Shown here piece after piece: positions 1-8,233 of a stretch of 28,759 nt of DNA. Below the pieces are notes generated by a model, which was not told the origin of the DNA, made no database searches, and saw only the letters and a program-made list of their open reading frames with translations. The DNA is from Methanocella sp. (GTDB lineage Archaea; Thermoproteota; Bathyarchaeia; Bathyarchaeales; Bathycorpusculaceae): assembly GCA_050261115.1 (NCBI GenBank), contig JBLNCY010000066.1, forward strand, positions 1-28,759, given 5' to 3'. Numbering within the stretch: the first letter of the stretch is position 1; the number at the start of each line of letters is the position of its first letter. The position numbers and the translations under genes were made by a program.

Positions 1-112
1 TCCCTTGTAGCTGAAAACAGTGGGGGTTGTCTTGAAGAAGCGTAAAGCCCACATGGAAGGGGTGTATTTCAGGTTTTTATATCTAGTCGGCGAGTAGAGT
101 CTCGCGATACTC

Positions 113-2098
113 TTGCCTAAGGAACAACCAGACTCTAGAGACGCCCAAGCTTTAGGCTCCCTGGACACCGAGTTTGAAGCGTGGACACAAGAGCCAGAGG
201 CCCAATCAGGCGCTAAAGAGGCTAAAGTAGCAGTAGCTAAGCCTAAGAAAACCAAAAAGCCACTGCCTAAAGGGGAAGAGAAAAGCTACCGCTACGAATA
301 CGAAGACCTCATCGGGGGTAAGAGAACCAAACAAAGCTACACCTGCACCTATTCTGATCCTCACAACATAGTTGAACTCATCCAGAAAAACAGGTTTCAG
401 CCCTTCCAAGCCTTCAAGCTTAATCTAGAAGCGCTAAGGCTTAAGCAGACCGCAAAAATTGACCGCTTAATCGCCGTCGACGCCATCCGCACTAAGCTTG
501 TGCCCTACAACTTCCAGCTAAAAACAGCGCTTCAAGTCATCAACGAAATGAATGCTAATGCAATATTGGCGGATGAGGTGGGGTTGGGTAAAACCATCGA
601 GGCAGGCCTTATCATGAAGGAGCTTCTGCTTCGAGAAGAAATTAACTCTATTCTGATAGTTGCACCCAAAAGCCTGCTGTCTCAATGGAAAAGCGAAATG
701 CAGGAAAAATTCGGCGAAACCTTCCTCATCGCCAACAAACCCGGCGAACGTGCGAACTTTAAAACAGGCAACCGCATCCTCTGCTCACATACGCTTTTGC
801 CGCGAAAGTTCGAGCAGATCGCTAAGCGTACTTGGGATCTTGTGGTGGTAGATGAGGCACATGCCTTCCGAAACACCCACAGCAAAGGCCGGAACTGCCT
901 TTCCGAACTGCGGAAAAACCATCTTTTACTCCTCACAGCCACACCCCTATGTAACAAACTCACTGACCTCTATAGTTTAGTGGATTTGATTCAGCCAGGG
1001 ATGCTTGATAGTGAACGCGCCTTCATATCCCGATTTGCTGAGGATCACCGGAGCCGCGTTATCCGAGAGAGTGAAGCGTATGCTTTGCGGCAGAGACTTC
1101 GAGACGTTATGTGCCGGACAAGACGCGAACAGACAGGTATCCCCTTCACTAAACGCATCGTGGAGTCTAGGACTCTGGAACCCACAGTGGAGGAGCGACA
1201 ATTCATCGACGCCGCCACCGAGTACCTCCGAGACGTCAGCAAAAACAGCTTTAAAACCATCGAAGCCCTCATCGCCGAGAACCCCAACCGAAAATTCACC
1301 GAGGCCCAAAGTAACGCCATACTTGTCTTCCAAGCAATCACTTTACAGCAATCCTTCTCTAGCTCTCCAGCGGCTTCAATTCAGTCACTGCTTAAACGTC
1401 AACAGCGGTTCCCTACAGAAGCCCAAGCCACAAGCAAACTAATAGAGATGGCAAGCAAAGTCAAAAGCGCCAAGATGGAGCTTCTACGCAGCATCCTCAA
1501 AGAGACCCCCGGAGAGCAAGCATTAATTTTCTGTCTGCGAAAAGTCACTGCATACCAGATTAAGCAGATGCTAGACGGGGAGTTTGGTAAGGCTGCAGTT
1601 TTCCTTGGCGACATGGATCAAACCGAGCGGGATGAAACTATAGCAGCGTTTAGGAGCGGCGAAGTCAAGTACCTAGTGGCTACGGATGCAGCCGCGGAAG
1701 GTCTAAACCTGCAGAACTGTTGCCTCATGTTCAACTATGACTTACACTGGAACCCCATGAAGATTGAGCAACGCATCGGCCGCATCCATCGCTTCAAACA
1801 GGACCGAGACGTAACCATATTCAATTTAGCCGTCAAAGACACCATCGACGACTACGTCTTGCATGTGCTTTACCAAAAAATTGACCTCTTTACCATGACC
1901 ATCGGTAAAATGGAGACCGTTCTAGCTGAACTAAAAGACGGAAACCAAGACATCCAGAAAACCATCGCTGAAATCCTCCTGCGTAGCGGCAGCCGCATTG
2001 ACCTGCAGAGAGAACTTGAGAAACTTGCAAGCGACCTTAAAGTGGCAAAGCAGAACCAAGAGTTAGCCGAGCAGTTTACAAGGGGGGTGCTGGATTGA
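113..2098 (+). CDS. SNF2-family helicase/ATPase (RapA/YqhH-like)
   Basis: Motif I ILADEVGLGKT, motif II VVVDEAH, motif III LLLTATP, motif V TDAAAEGLNLQ, NYDLHWNP and motif VI EQRIGRIHR. TTG start, with TATA-like TTTTATAT about 30 nt upstream. Confidence 0.95.
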   Translation: MPKEQPDSRDAQALGSLDTEFEAWTQEPEAQSGAKEAKVAVAKPKKTKKPLPKGEEKSYRYEYEDLIGGKRTKQSYTCTYSDPHNIVELIQKNRFQPFQAFKLNLEALRLKQTAKIDRLIAVDAIRTKLVPYNFQLKTALQVINEMNANAILADEVGLGKTIEAGLIMKELLLREEINSILIVAPKSLLSQWKSEMQEKFGETFLIANKPGERANFKTGNRILCSHTLLPRKFEQIAKRTWDLVVVDEAHAFRNTHSKGRNCLSELRKNHLLLLTATPLCNKLTDLYSLVDLIQPGMLDSERAFISRFAEDHRSRVIRESEAYALRQRLRDVMCRTRREQTGIPFTKRIVESRTLEPTVEERQFIDAATEYLRDVSKNSFKTIEALIAENPNRKFTEAQSNAILVFQAITLQQSFSSSPAASIQSLLKRQQRFPTEAQATSKLIEMASKVKSAKMELLRSILKETPGEQALIFCLRKVTAYQIKQMLDGEFGKAAVFLGDMDQTERDETIAAFRSGEVKYLVATDAAAEGLNLQNCCLMFNYDLHWNPMKIEQRIGRIHRFKQDRDVTIFNLAVKDTIDDYVLHVLYQKIDLFTMTIGKMETVLAELKDGNQDIQKTIAEILLRSGSRIDLQRELEKLASDLKVAKQNQELAEQFTRGVLD

Positions 2099-3456
2099 GC
2101 GAAGAAGCAGGGAGCGAAATTCGAGGATTCATACGAGCCTACATTCAATCCAAACAGGGTAGTATCAAGGGGGATGAAGAGCAAATTTTCACAGTAACTT
2201 ACCCCGAGGAGGAGTCTCCCTGCGAGTACACCTACAACCCTGCCATTGCAAGAGAGAAGGGTATTGCGTTACTTACTGCGGGCAGCCCAGCTTTCCAACA
2301 TATCCTAAAAGCCTGCCTAGAAAATGGTGCACTAAGCCAAGTCCAAGTTAAACCCAAAGAAAACACCGAAACCCTCATCAAAAAATACTACCGAGACACA
2401 GCCAGCGAATGCCCAAACTGCCACATAACAAGCATCGACCAAGAATCAGTTTTCATCTGCACTAAACAAGATGCCTGCCACCACACAATAAACAACGGCA
2501 AAATTACCAGCATAGACATCGGCAAATCCGAACCCCAAAAGTACTTTTTGTTTTACTATGCAGCGACGTTTTCGAGCAAGCTCCGGCCCAAAAACGAGGA
2601 GCTTATAGCGATATTGCTCGATGAAGACGGCCACCTCATTGAAGGCTTTGATGAAGAGAACCTCTTAGGTAACGAGACACTGGAGCTTACCGATGTTAAG
2701 AGCAAGCTAAAACCGGGGTTATTTGAGAAGCTAAAGGCAGCTGCAGACAAAAAGCTAACGGCTACCCTTCAGGAATTAGTAAAGCTTTATGATTTGCCGC
2801 TTGCTAAGGAGAAGCGAGCCAAAATCAGAAGTTTTGAGCGGCGGCTACGCAGGGAACGCCGAGAACAAGTCATCTCCAAAAAGCATGATTTTGACTATGT
2901 AAACTGGCAACAAAACTATGAGGCGCTACTGCAGCGCGAGGAGGAGTCCTGCACTACTTGCGTCTCGGCGCGGTTCACCAACCTCTTAGTGGTTAACACG
3001 GCTAAAGTCAAGTTCCAAATAAACTTAGACAACAAAGCAGCCATTCCCGGGAGCCTCATCATGGGCATAACCAAGCCGCTTGAGGCAGTTTGCCCCATTT
3101 GCCACGGCGTCTTCACAGAGGGTTATGCAACTCAAGACGGCCAATACGTTTGCCCAAACTGCACACGCCAATCCATAGATACCGGCAAAATCTACTCGAA
3201 AAAATCCAACCTTTCGCTTGACGAGAAACTAAACGAGTACATCGAACGCGAGGGCGGGTTCGTCTGCAGTGTATGCGGCAAAAAATATAGCAAACTCCTC
3301 GAAGTCAAATGCAGCCACGACAACTCCAGCGTCTGCCTCTACCATTACGGGACATGCGACGTATGCGGCAAGGCCTTTAGCAAGCTCAACCTCACCTACA
3401 CAGACGAGTTTAAACGCAAACTGTGCCCCAAGCACGCAAAATCCAAGGAGGCCTAA
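2095..3456 (+). CDS. YqhG-like protein with multiple C-terminal Cys/His zinc fingers
   Basis: 4-nt TTGA overlap with the helicase stop. Many CxxC/CxxH pairs (CPNC, CPIC, CPNC, CSVC, CSH, CLYH, CDVC, CPKH) and a central charged helix. The YqhG resemblance is inferred from layout and gene context. Confidence 0.7.
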   Translation: MSEEAGSEIRGFIRAYIQSKQGSIKGDEEQIFTVTYPEEESPCEYTYNPAIAREKGIALLTAGSPAFQHILKACLENGALSQVQVKPKENTETLIKKYYRDTASECPNCHITSIDQESVFICTKQDACHHTINNGKITSIDIGKSEPQKYFLFYYAATFSSKLRPKNEELIAILLDEDGHLIEGFDEENLLGNETLELTDVKSKLKPGLFEKLKAAADKKLTATLQELVKLYDLPLAKEKRAKIRSFERRLRRERREQVISKKHDFDYVNWQQNYEALLQREEESCTTCVSARFTNLLVVNTAKVKFQINLDNKAAIPGSLIMGITKPLEAVCPICHGVFTEGYATQDGQYVCPNCTRQSIDTGKIYSKKSNLSLDEKLNEYIEREGGFVCSVCGKKYSKLLEVKCSHDNSSVCLYHYGTCDVCGKAFSKLNLTYTDEFKRKLCPKHAKSKEA

Positions 3457-3458
3457 AC

Positions 3459-4382
3459 ATGCGCTGCAACCACTATAATGGCGTTTTTAGGGAGATTTGT
3501 GAGCAGTACCCTGACATTGACTTGCCAGGGTATCTGTGTGATAATTTGCAGTTGCCACTGGATAAGGCGGAGATGCTTGCAGAAAGAATTGAAAGGCAGC
3601 TCCAAAAAACAGCAGTAAACAAGAAACCCCGCAGCCTAAGCCTTATAGAGAAAGGCACCGCCGAAGAGGCGCCAGCTAAGAAGCTAAACTATTGGGTGGA
3701 TCGCCTTGCTCCTAGAGAGTTTGAGTACTTCCTCAAATGGCTCCTGTCTGATTTAGGGTTTGAAGCGAAGTCAGAGATGTTTGCAGCCACCCCATGGGGC
3801 ATCGAGGTAGTAGCCACAAAAGACGCCCAGAAAATTGCTATCCAAGCAATAAGGTGCCCAACAACCCATCGAGTCACCCAAACCGCCATAGAACTCACGC
3901 AGGAAACTAGAGGCGACTGCCCCCAAGCCCTTGTAATCACGACCGCCTACTTTACTCAAGCAGCAAAAGAAGCGGCTGAACGGGCAGGCATCGAACTCTG
4001 GGATATAGAAGCACTCAACCAAAAAATCACGCAAGCAAAGGAAAAAGTTGACTTAGAGGAACAGGCAAGTTTTCCCGAATTCCAAGGTTCACTGCTACAG
4101 AGTCTTCATGCTTTGGGTAAATCCAAGATTTTCCTCATCGAAGCCAAAGCAGACGGCAAATATGATTTGCATTTGCCAGGCGTAAAATATCCGCTTCTGA
4201 CTTTTCAAGCCCAAAACGGTATCGTAACCCGCTGTGTCCTGCGCATAAAATACAACGAACCGGTCACAGAAGAGCAGGGCGAAGTAATAATCGGCTATGA
4301 CGAAAACAATCAGCCTGTAGGTCCCTCTGACGAGGAAGCATACAGGTTAGTTACGCAGTATCTTGAGCAGTTCCTCGAATAG
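3459..4382 (+). CDS. Mrr-like restriction endonuclease-fold protein, probably catalytically degenerate
   Basis: LAPREFE..LL..LGF, GIEVVA..IAIQAIR and ALVITTAYFT.AAKEAA...GIELWD follow the Mrr_cat pattern. ATG at 3459 follows AAGGAGG and lies 2 nt after the upstream stop. Confidence 0.85.
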   Translation: MRCNHYNGVFREICEQYPDIDLPGYLCDNLQLPLDKAEMLAERIERQLQKTAVNKKPRSLSLIEKGTAEEAPAKKLNYWVDRLAPREFEYFLKWLLSDLGFEAKSEMFAATPWGIEVVATKDAQKIAIQAIRCPTTHRVTQTAIELTQETRGDCPQALVITTAYFTQAAKEAAERAGIELWDIEALNQKITQAKEKVDLEEQASFPEFQGSLLQSLHALGKSKIFLIEAKADGKYDLHLPGVKYPLLTFQAQNGIVTRCVLRIKYNEPVTEEQGEVIIGYDENNQPVGPSDEEAYRLVTQYLEQFLE

Positions 4383-4443
4383 CAACCACTTTCTTTGCAC
4401 AAGAGCGTAATGTAGAAAAAGAGCGTCCCCTGACAATAAGCCT

Positions 4444-5223
4444 ATGACAGCACCAAATAAGCAGCGTTCTATCTGGCTTGACGAGTTGAGCAGCAAAGAA
4501 GCCGCCGAAGCAGCCAAAGAAGGCACTGTTGTAATCTGGCCGTTGGGTAGCGTTGAAGCTCACAGCGATCACCTTCCCCTATGCACTGATAGCATCCAAG
4601 CGGAATACGTAGCTCAGGAAGTGGCTAAAAGGACTGGGAGTCTTGTTGCGCCGCCGTTCCGCTATGGCATCTGTAACGCTACCCGCAACTTTAAAGGCAC
4701 CCTCACGATTCAATTCGACACCCTTTATCGCTTGGCGCGTGATGTGCTCTCGGAGCTTGTTCGCAGTGGGTTTTATCGTATAATTGTTGTTAGTGGTCAT
4801 GCGGGGAACTCGCATATGGTGGCTTTACGGCTCGCAGCCCAAGACATCGTCATAGACAGCGAGGAGCGGCTTGGGAGAGGTAAGGTTCGGGTTATGGTTC
4901 TTTCCGACTTTGACTTCGCAGATGAACTTATCCCAGAATACGCCGTTAAAGGCGACGGTCATGCGGGAACAGTTGAGACTTCGCGGGTTATGGCAATCAA
5001 CCACGGTCTGATAAAGAGAAAGGGTGAGGCTGATGTTTGGAGCTTACCACGCTTTGAAGTCGTTGCTCACCCGGAGGAGCTGATTCCAAGCGCAACTAAC
5101 GGTGACCCCACAGCTGCCACGGTGGAGAAAGGGCAAAAAATCAATCAATATATTATGGAACAAATGGAGAAACTGGTAAGAGAGCTTCAAGAAGAAGCAG
5201 GTAGCTCAAGGCAAGCTAGTTAG
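4444..5223 (+). CDS. Creatininase/creatinine amidohydrolase family protein (ArfB/MftE-like fold)
   Basis: PLGSVEAHSDHLPLCTD, SGHAGN and DGHAGTVETS metal-binding motifs. Confidence 0.92.
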   Translation: MTAPNKQRSIWLDELSSKEAAEAAKEGTVVIWPLGSVEAHSDHLPLCTDSIQAEYVAQEVAKRTGSLVAPPFRYGICNATRNFKGTLTIQFDTLYRLARDVLSELVRSGFYRIIVVSGHAGNSHMVALRLAAQDIVIDSEERLGRGKVRVMVLSDFDFADELIPEYAVKGDGHAGTVETSRVMAINHGLIKRKGEADVWSLPRFEVVAHPEELIPSATNGDPTAATVEKGQKINQYIMEQMEKLVRELQEEAGSSRQAS

Positions 5224-5381
5224 GACTTCTTCTCTTCACCTTCTTTTTCTTCCTCGACACGCTTCATCGGCGCCTGGCAGCAGACCAATTCACAGGATTC
5301 GTCACATTCGCAAGGAACACTTACGGTGACGACTAAACCGCATTCTTCACACTTATACTCTTCACCTTTATCTTTAACCAC
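5220..5381 (-). CDS. 53-aa desulforedoxin-like Cys-rich microprotein
   Basis: Manual translation MVKDKGEEYKCEECGLVVTVSVPCECDESCELVCCQAPMKRVEEEKEGEEKKS. YKCxxCG...LxCCxxPM pattern; GTG start after GGTAGGTGA. Confidence 0.85.
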   Translation of the reverse strand: MVKDKGEEYKCEECGLVVTVSVPCECDESCELVCCQAPMKRVEEEKEGEEKKS

Positions 5382-5469
5382 AAAATTCACCTACCTAAAA
5401 CATAGTACATTACACTGTAGGTTAGGTAGAAATATAAGACTGCTGACGAGTAACCCCAAAAAAGCTAGC

Positions 5470-6015
5470 CTAGGGTTTGCCTGCTTCTTCTGCACTTTTC
5501 CTATAGAGTGCTTTGTCGATAACTCGTGCGTCCAAGTTATGCTTCTTGGCGGATTTACGTAAGGCAGCAAGCAGGCGAATATAGTTCTGGGCAGTATAGA
5601 GCCCCGGCGGCGGGTTGCCAAGCAGTCCCTTCCAGACGCTTGGTTCAAAGGTGCCATAGTTTTTTGGGTCAAAAAAGGTCAATATTACGCTGGCTAATAT
5701 GGGGCTTATGCCTTCTAAGATTATGAGGCAGTTGATGCGGTATGTGTCGTCGGCGTTTGGGAGGCTGAGGCTTTGGCTGGTGATTCGTTGAACTTTTTCG
5801 TCGTCGTTTCGGGCTACTAATTCTTGGGTGCGTTGGAGCTTGTCGGCTTCGTTTTTGTATTTCCACTCAACCACAGCGGCGAGGTCTTTTGTGGTTAAGA
5901 CTTTGTTTTTTCGGAATTTGGCGCCGAGTTCCCGTTCGCGTTGGGCTTGCCAACCATAGGCTTTGTCGTATTTGCGGCTCCACATAAGGTATTCTTGCTT
6001 GTCCAATGCACTCAC
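5470..6015 (-). CDS. Hypothetical protein with HhH / DNA-glycosylase-like features
   Basis: L..VVEWK and LEGISPILASVILTFFDP.NYG resemble a helix-hairpin-helix region. The start may be TTG at 6006. Confidence 0.6.
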   Translation of the reverse strand: MSALDKQEYLMWSRKYDKAYGWQAQRERELGAKFRKNKVLTTKDLAAVVEWKYKNEADKLQRTQELVARNDDEKVQRITSQSLSLPNADDTYRINCLIILEGISPILASVILTFFDPKNYGTFEPSVWKGLLGNPPPGLYTAQNYIRLLAALRKSAKKHNLDARVIDKALYRKSAEEAGKP

Positions 6016-6253
6016 GTTTATGCATTGTATTGCAGGTCTGGAATTTCAGCTTTTGCATCCTCTACATCAGATTCTACTCAAAATGTGCAACCAACTGCAA
6101 ACTAAATTCAATCGCTAAATGGTTAGTAACGTATTGCGAAGGCACTTGGAACAGTTTAGGTTAATTCATTTTTTGTTTTTTTATTCAGGGCTTTTACGCT
6201 TAGGGATAGGGTTTTATTGCCGTTTCCTGCTAGATACCTTTGGATTTGTATCT

Positions 6254-6493
6254 ATGGCTACACAATCAGACTTTTTACGTGACGCACTCTCAGGATACAA
6301 CCAAAGAGACCTAACCGCCATAATTGACAGGCTAGCAGGCGACAAAGATAACCTGCGCATAGACCTCAACCACGTAAGACTCTCTGCAGGGAACCAGAAA
6401 TTCGAGCTTAACGGGATGGTTAACTTCAAAATCTTCCACAAACCCCCAAACGCACATACAACTATCAAGGATACGGTGAAGAAAGATGTCTGA
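6254..6493 (+). CDS. Hypothetical protein (79 aa)
   Basis: ATG at 6254 (MATQSDFLRD) is preferred over the T-rich upstream extension. Overlaps the next gene by 8 nt. Confidence 0.7.
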   Translation: MATQSDFLRDALSGYNQRDLTAIIDRLAGDKDNLRIDLNHVRLSAGNQKFELNGMVNFKIFHKPPNAHTTIKDTVKKDV

Positions 6494-6899
6494 GCCGCAG
6501 CCTAGTGGAATCCCCAATTTTGAGGGCGGCGAAGTGCTGGTCTCCACAGGGGACCTTAAGGTTATGCAAGTTAACTTAAGTAGCGCCCGTATTGACGTCA
6601 ACGTGGAGGACAAGGCGTTCATCAAGCGCCTCATCGCCATGCGCAATCAACTGATACCCAAAAAGCAAGGGGCTGAGGAAAAGGAAGCGAAGCAGCCTCA
6701 AGCCGGCGGCATCCTGTCAACCGCGCGTAAAATCGCCGACGCACTATGCAGCCGAGGCATAACCATAACCGTCTCCTATAGGGGGCAGCGGATCGCAACC
6801 CTCGGCGCAGAAGCCCACCCCACTCTGCTGCAGTACATAACAAAAACCCGCGGAATAGCCCTAAACAGCGTAGTTGCCGCCATAAAAATGGTCATATAG
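6486..6899 (+). CDS. Hypothetical protein (137 aa)
   Basis: GGTGA upstream of the ATG, coupled to the previous ORF, protein-like composition. Confidence 0.75.
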   Translation: MSEPQPSGIPNFEGGEVLVSTGDLKVMQVNLSSARIDVNVEDKAFIKRLIAMRNQLIPKKQGAEEKEAKQPQAGGILSTARKIADALCSRGITITVSYRGQRIATLGAEAHPTLLQYITKTRGIALNSVVAAIKMVI

Positions 6900-6907
6900 T
6901 GAGAGCT

Positions 6908-7051
6908 ATGAATAAGCGACAGTTCCTGGGGCTTCTGGCCAAGTTTTCGACGCGGCAAAAACACGACCCTCGTCCCGAAGTTGACCACATAGAGATTGCA
7001 ATTGAGGTAAGCGTGAAAATAGAGGATAATAAAGTATCAAACAAAAAGTAA
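6908..7051 (+). CDS. 47-aa hypothetical microprotein
   Basis: Manual translation MNKRQFLGLLAKFSTRQKHDPRPEVDHIEIAIEVSVKIEDNKVSNKK. Starts 8 nt after the upstream stop with GTGAG upstream, and is followed by T-rich sequence. Confidence 0.55.
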   Translation: MNKRQFLGLLAKFSTRQKHDPRPEVDHIEIAIEVSVKIEDNKVSNKK

Positions 7052-7175
7052 GCTTTGTCTTCTGTTTATTCCTTAAGGTTTGTGGGGTTTAGCCTGTTTT
7101 TATTTATCTTTGTTAAGTCGAGTTTTTATATTCCTATGCAGTATTGGCTTGCGAAGAGAGAGTGAAGTAGACAGA

Positions 7176-7853
7176 TTGACGCTTATTGTTGACGACGCAG
7201 GCAGCGGCGACTTGCTTTTCGGTGTAGTCATCGGCGCTTATCATGACGAAACCGGCACTTTCAAGTATGACTTGATCGACGTCAGGTTCTATCAGGATAT
7301 CTTTCGCGAAAAAGAGTACCTGCAAGAATCCAGCCGTGTAGTGTCCCGATTAGTCTCCAAGTTTACCCTCAGACCAGACGAAGCCATCCACATATGTCAG
7401 GGCTGCATTTTTGATGTGGCCGCCGAAGAGCTACAGAAAGTTTACGGACAAGACAGAGTTAAGCGTATACACGTCGAAGGCGAAACGCAGCGTCTTGTCG
7501 AAATCGCCTACCTAGATGAAATACGCAACTTAGGCTACGAACCTCTCGCAGAACGGGAAGAGAAACGAGGAAAAAACTTCTTCCACATGATGCGCTGGCT
7601 AAAAGAAAACCCAGAAATGCTACGCTACGCAAAAACAGGTTGGCCCCGACTGAAAAAGTATCAGCTATTCAAAGCCTTCCATGAACCCCACACATATGAA
7701 GCCGTCTGCAGTGAATGCGGCACAGAATGCGAAGTACCTTTTCAACCCAAAGCTGACAAACCTGTCTTCTGCCAGAAATGCTGGTCCAACCATAAACCTG
7801 CGCATCCTCATCCACGCAAAAGCCGAAAAAACAAGAAAATAATAAAACACTAG
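7176..7853 (+). CDS. RNase H-like domain protein fused to a C-terminal CxxC-x17-CxxC zinc finger
   Basis: N-terminal IVDDAGSGDLLFGVVIGA resembles the RNase HII DEAGRG motif. C-terminal CSECGTECEVPFQPKADKPVFCQKC. TTG start at 7176 is inferred. Confidence 0.75.
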   Translation: MTLIVDDAGSGDLLFGVVIGAYHDETGTFKYDLIDVRFYQDIFREKEYLQESSRVVSRLVSKFTLRPDEAIHICQGCIFDVAAEELQKVYGQDRVKRIHVEGETQRLVEIAYLDEIRNLGYEPLAEREEKRGKNFFHMMRWLKENPEMLRYAKTGWPRLKKYQLFKAFHEPHTYEAVCSECGTECEVPFQPKADKPVFCQKCWSNHKPAHPHPRKSRKNKKIIKH

Positions 7854-7867
7854 TTGGTTAAGAAATA

Positions 7868-8185
7868 ATGAATGTATTCTTTGACTTCAATGCAAGTTGG
7901 TATATCCTATTATTGGCCTTCCTAGGCGCCTGGGCACTGCTCATGGTGGCTAGACGCAGATGGAATGCTAAACATGAGATAAAAGAACAACTATTCCTAG
8001 CCCTTGGAGGCATGATATCTCTAATTATGATGGAGTTCTATGCTGTCTCCACGGGTCTTTGGCATTACACGCCCGGTAACTGGCCTGTAATCTTGTGGCC
8101 AACCTACTTCGCAGCCATACTATTTGGGTATCAACTGCTTCGGTCAGTTGAACGAGTGTTGCTGCGTAGGCCCATAATGGCTTGA
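7868..8185 (+). CDS. Small membrane protein (about 3 TM helices)
   Basis: Three hydrophobic stretches; GLWHY motif. Confidence 0.75.
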   Translation: MNVFFDFNASWYILLLAFLGAWALLMVARRRWNAKHEIKEQLFLALGGMISLIMMEFYAVSTGLWHYTPGNWPVILWPTYFAAILFGYQLLRSVERVLLRRPIMA

Positions 8186-8233
8186 ACACTTAAATCACCG
8201 ATCACCACTTTTTCTAGTGGTCGTGTTTTTTCG

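Noticed and set aside
1-54. Possible minus-strand ORF start (MWALRFFKTTPTVFSYKG) running off the window edge
   Set aside because: Too short, with no recognisable motif or RBS; cannot be supported.
3423-3458. 5' extension of the Mrr-like ORF
   Set aside because: It overlaps the upstream gene, and ATG 3459 has a strong AAGGAGG RBS.
3459-4382. Type II/III restriction-modification or DISARM/BREX assignment for the first operon
   Set aside because: No methyltransferase, PglZ, PLD or other hallmark partner is present in the window.
7176-7853. Calling this gene rnhB (RNase HII)
   Set aside because: Only the first acidic motif is similar; DSK and the later AASI.AK motifs are missing.
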